Of a stretch of 64,000 bases of DNA, positions 63,156 to 64,000 are shown piece after piece. Within the stretch, counting starts at the first letter, position 1; each line of letters starts with the position of its first letter. Source of the stretch: Eubacteriales bacterium (GTDB lineage Bacteria > Bacillota > Clostridia > Oscillospirales > SIG627); the NCBI GenBank assembly GCA_045590715.1, contig JAZNRO010000049.1, positions 1,853 to 65,852 on the forward strand. Reading direction: 5' to 3'. The position numbers and the translations under genes are program-made. A model generated the notes under the pieces. That model worked only from the letters and a program-made list of their open reading frames with translations. It was not told where the DNA came from and did not search any database.

Positions 63156-63189
63156 CAGGTTTTAATAAAAGAGGAAAGGGCGTGTTAAA

Positions 63190-64000
63190 ATGTTTACCTA
63201 TCACGGTGTAACATTTACAGCAAACGAAATATTAAAGTATTCCAGAAAATCACGCTCCGACGATCCGCTACTTACGGTCGAGGAAGTCCTGGAAAAGCAC
63301 GAAAAAATATTGAACGAATGGTGCGAGCGTAATCTGGGTGAATTGATCCCAGAATGTAACTCCTTCCAAGAGATCGGATCGGGTGAAACGATAGATGCGA
63401 GACCCGCCTTTCAAAATATACTCCGTTTGATCGAAAACTCAAAGTACAGGGCCATTTTTACGGTGGACGTGCAAAGACTTTCCCGCGGCGATTTGGAAGA
63501 CGCTGGTAGGATAATGAAACTCCTGCGCTATACAAACACCTTTGTTATTACTCCAGACATGGTATTTGATCTTTCCGACGAATACGACAGAGACCGTTTC
63601 AAGAGGGAATTAGACCGAGGAAACGATTACCTAGAATATTATAAGAAGATAAACTGGCGCGGAAGGTTGGAAAGCGTAAGGGCAGGTTATTTCATCGGAT
63701 CGGTTGCGCCTTACGGCTACGATAAAGGCTGGCTAAAAGAAGGCAGAAAAAAACGCCCCACACTCAAAATAAATGAATGTGAGGCAGAGGCGGTACGCCT
63801 TATATTTCATCTGTACGTAAATGAAGATATGGGTATGACAAATATAGCGCACCAATTAAACGGGCTGGGATATAAAACCCGTAAGGGTGCGCTTTGGTCA
63901 ACGGCGTCAATTAAAGATATTCTTGCCAATGTGCATTATATCGGTAAAATAAAATGGAATTGGAGAAAGACCGTTAACATAGTGGCTGACGGTGAAATTT
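63190..64000 (+). CDS. Large serine recombinase (phage integrase), truncated by the window end
   Basis: Read by hand from ATG 63190: ...YSRKSRSDD (catalytic Ser region)...IFTVDVQRLSRGD..., then the recombinase domain ...GYFIGSVAPYGYD. No stop before 64000. Confidence 0.85.
   Translation, partial: MFTYHGVTFTANEILKYSRKSRSDDPLLTVEEVLEKHEKILNEWCERNLGELIPECNSFQEIGSGETIDARPAFQNILRLIENSKYRAIFTVDVQRLSRGDLEDAGRIMKLLRYTNTFVITPDMVFDLSDEYDRDRFKRELDRGNDYLEYYKKINWRGRLESVRAGYFIGSVAPYGYDKGWLKEGRKKRPTLKINECEAEAVRLIFHLYVNEDMGMTNIAHQLNGLGYKTRKGALWSTASIKDILANVHYIGKIKWNWRKTVNIVADGEI

Larger units (their letters stand above)
30327..64000. mobile_element. Siphovirus-type temperate prophage. The right end is beyond the window. 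The left end lies somewhere between about 30.2 and 31.06 kb.
   Basis: Contiguous modules: lysis, tail, head, packaging, late regulator, replication/recombination, early genes, divergent switch, repressor, and serine integrase at 63190+. No att repeat is identifiable because only one end is in the window. Confidence 0.85.

Noticed and set aside
1-64000. Search for CRISPR arrays, tRNA/rRNA genes, IS elements/transposases and reverse transcriptase (DGR) near the tail-fibre genes
   Set aside because: No regularly spaced direct repeats, no cloverleaf-compatible segments at the prophage junction, and no DDE/RT motifs in any frame of the ORF track. The only tandem or phased repeats found are the ori iterons and the 11-mer pair at 31037.

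Overview
The window looks like a moderate-GC Firmicutes (Clostridia-like) chromosome. All functional calls come from reading motifs by eye. No database search, GC calculation or RNA folding was run.

Host DNA, about 1-30.2 kb:
- a partial response regulator
- an LDH/MDH-family dehydrogenase
- a MATE exporter
- one tightly coupled 10-gene operon: fumC, hdrB, hdrC, hdrA, mvhD, three Flx-like Fe-S/flavoproteins, and frdB-like plus frdA-like genes
- housekeeping genes: rdgB, glyA, an amidohydrolase, SulP and CPA2 transporters, pepD
- an accessory operon (Sec-secreted small protein, three FtsX-type permeases, ABC ATPase) divergent from a PadR plus membrane-protein pair
- a DUF4838-like glycosidase and a HAD hydrolase

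From about 30.3-31.0 kb to the right edge there is a siphovirus-type prophage. Its lytic genes are on the minus strand, from left to right in the window: lysis, tail, head, packaging, late regulator, replication/recombination, early genes. A plus-strand lysogeny module follows: XRE repressor, an HTH-TM protein, a Zn-ribbon/coiled-coil/DUF4041/T5orf172-nuclease protein, and a large serine recombinase cut by the window edge.

No rRNA, tRNA, CRISPR array or transposase was seen.

Most noteworthy:
1. The lysogeny-module DUF4041/T5orf172 gene pair, a candidate defence system.
2. The Hdr/Flx/fumarate-reductase operon.
3. The secreted-protein plus 3x FtsX plus ABC cluster.
4. Two head-module cargo features: a MuF protein with a long C-terminal extension, and a repeat-flanked metallophosphoesterase moron.
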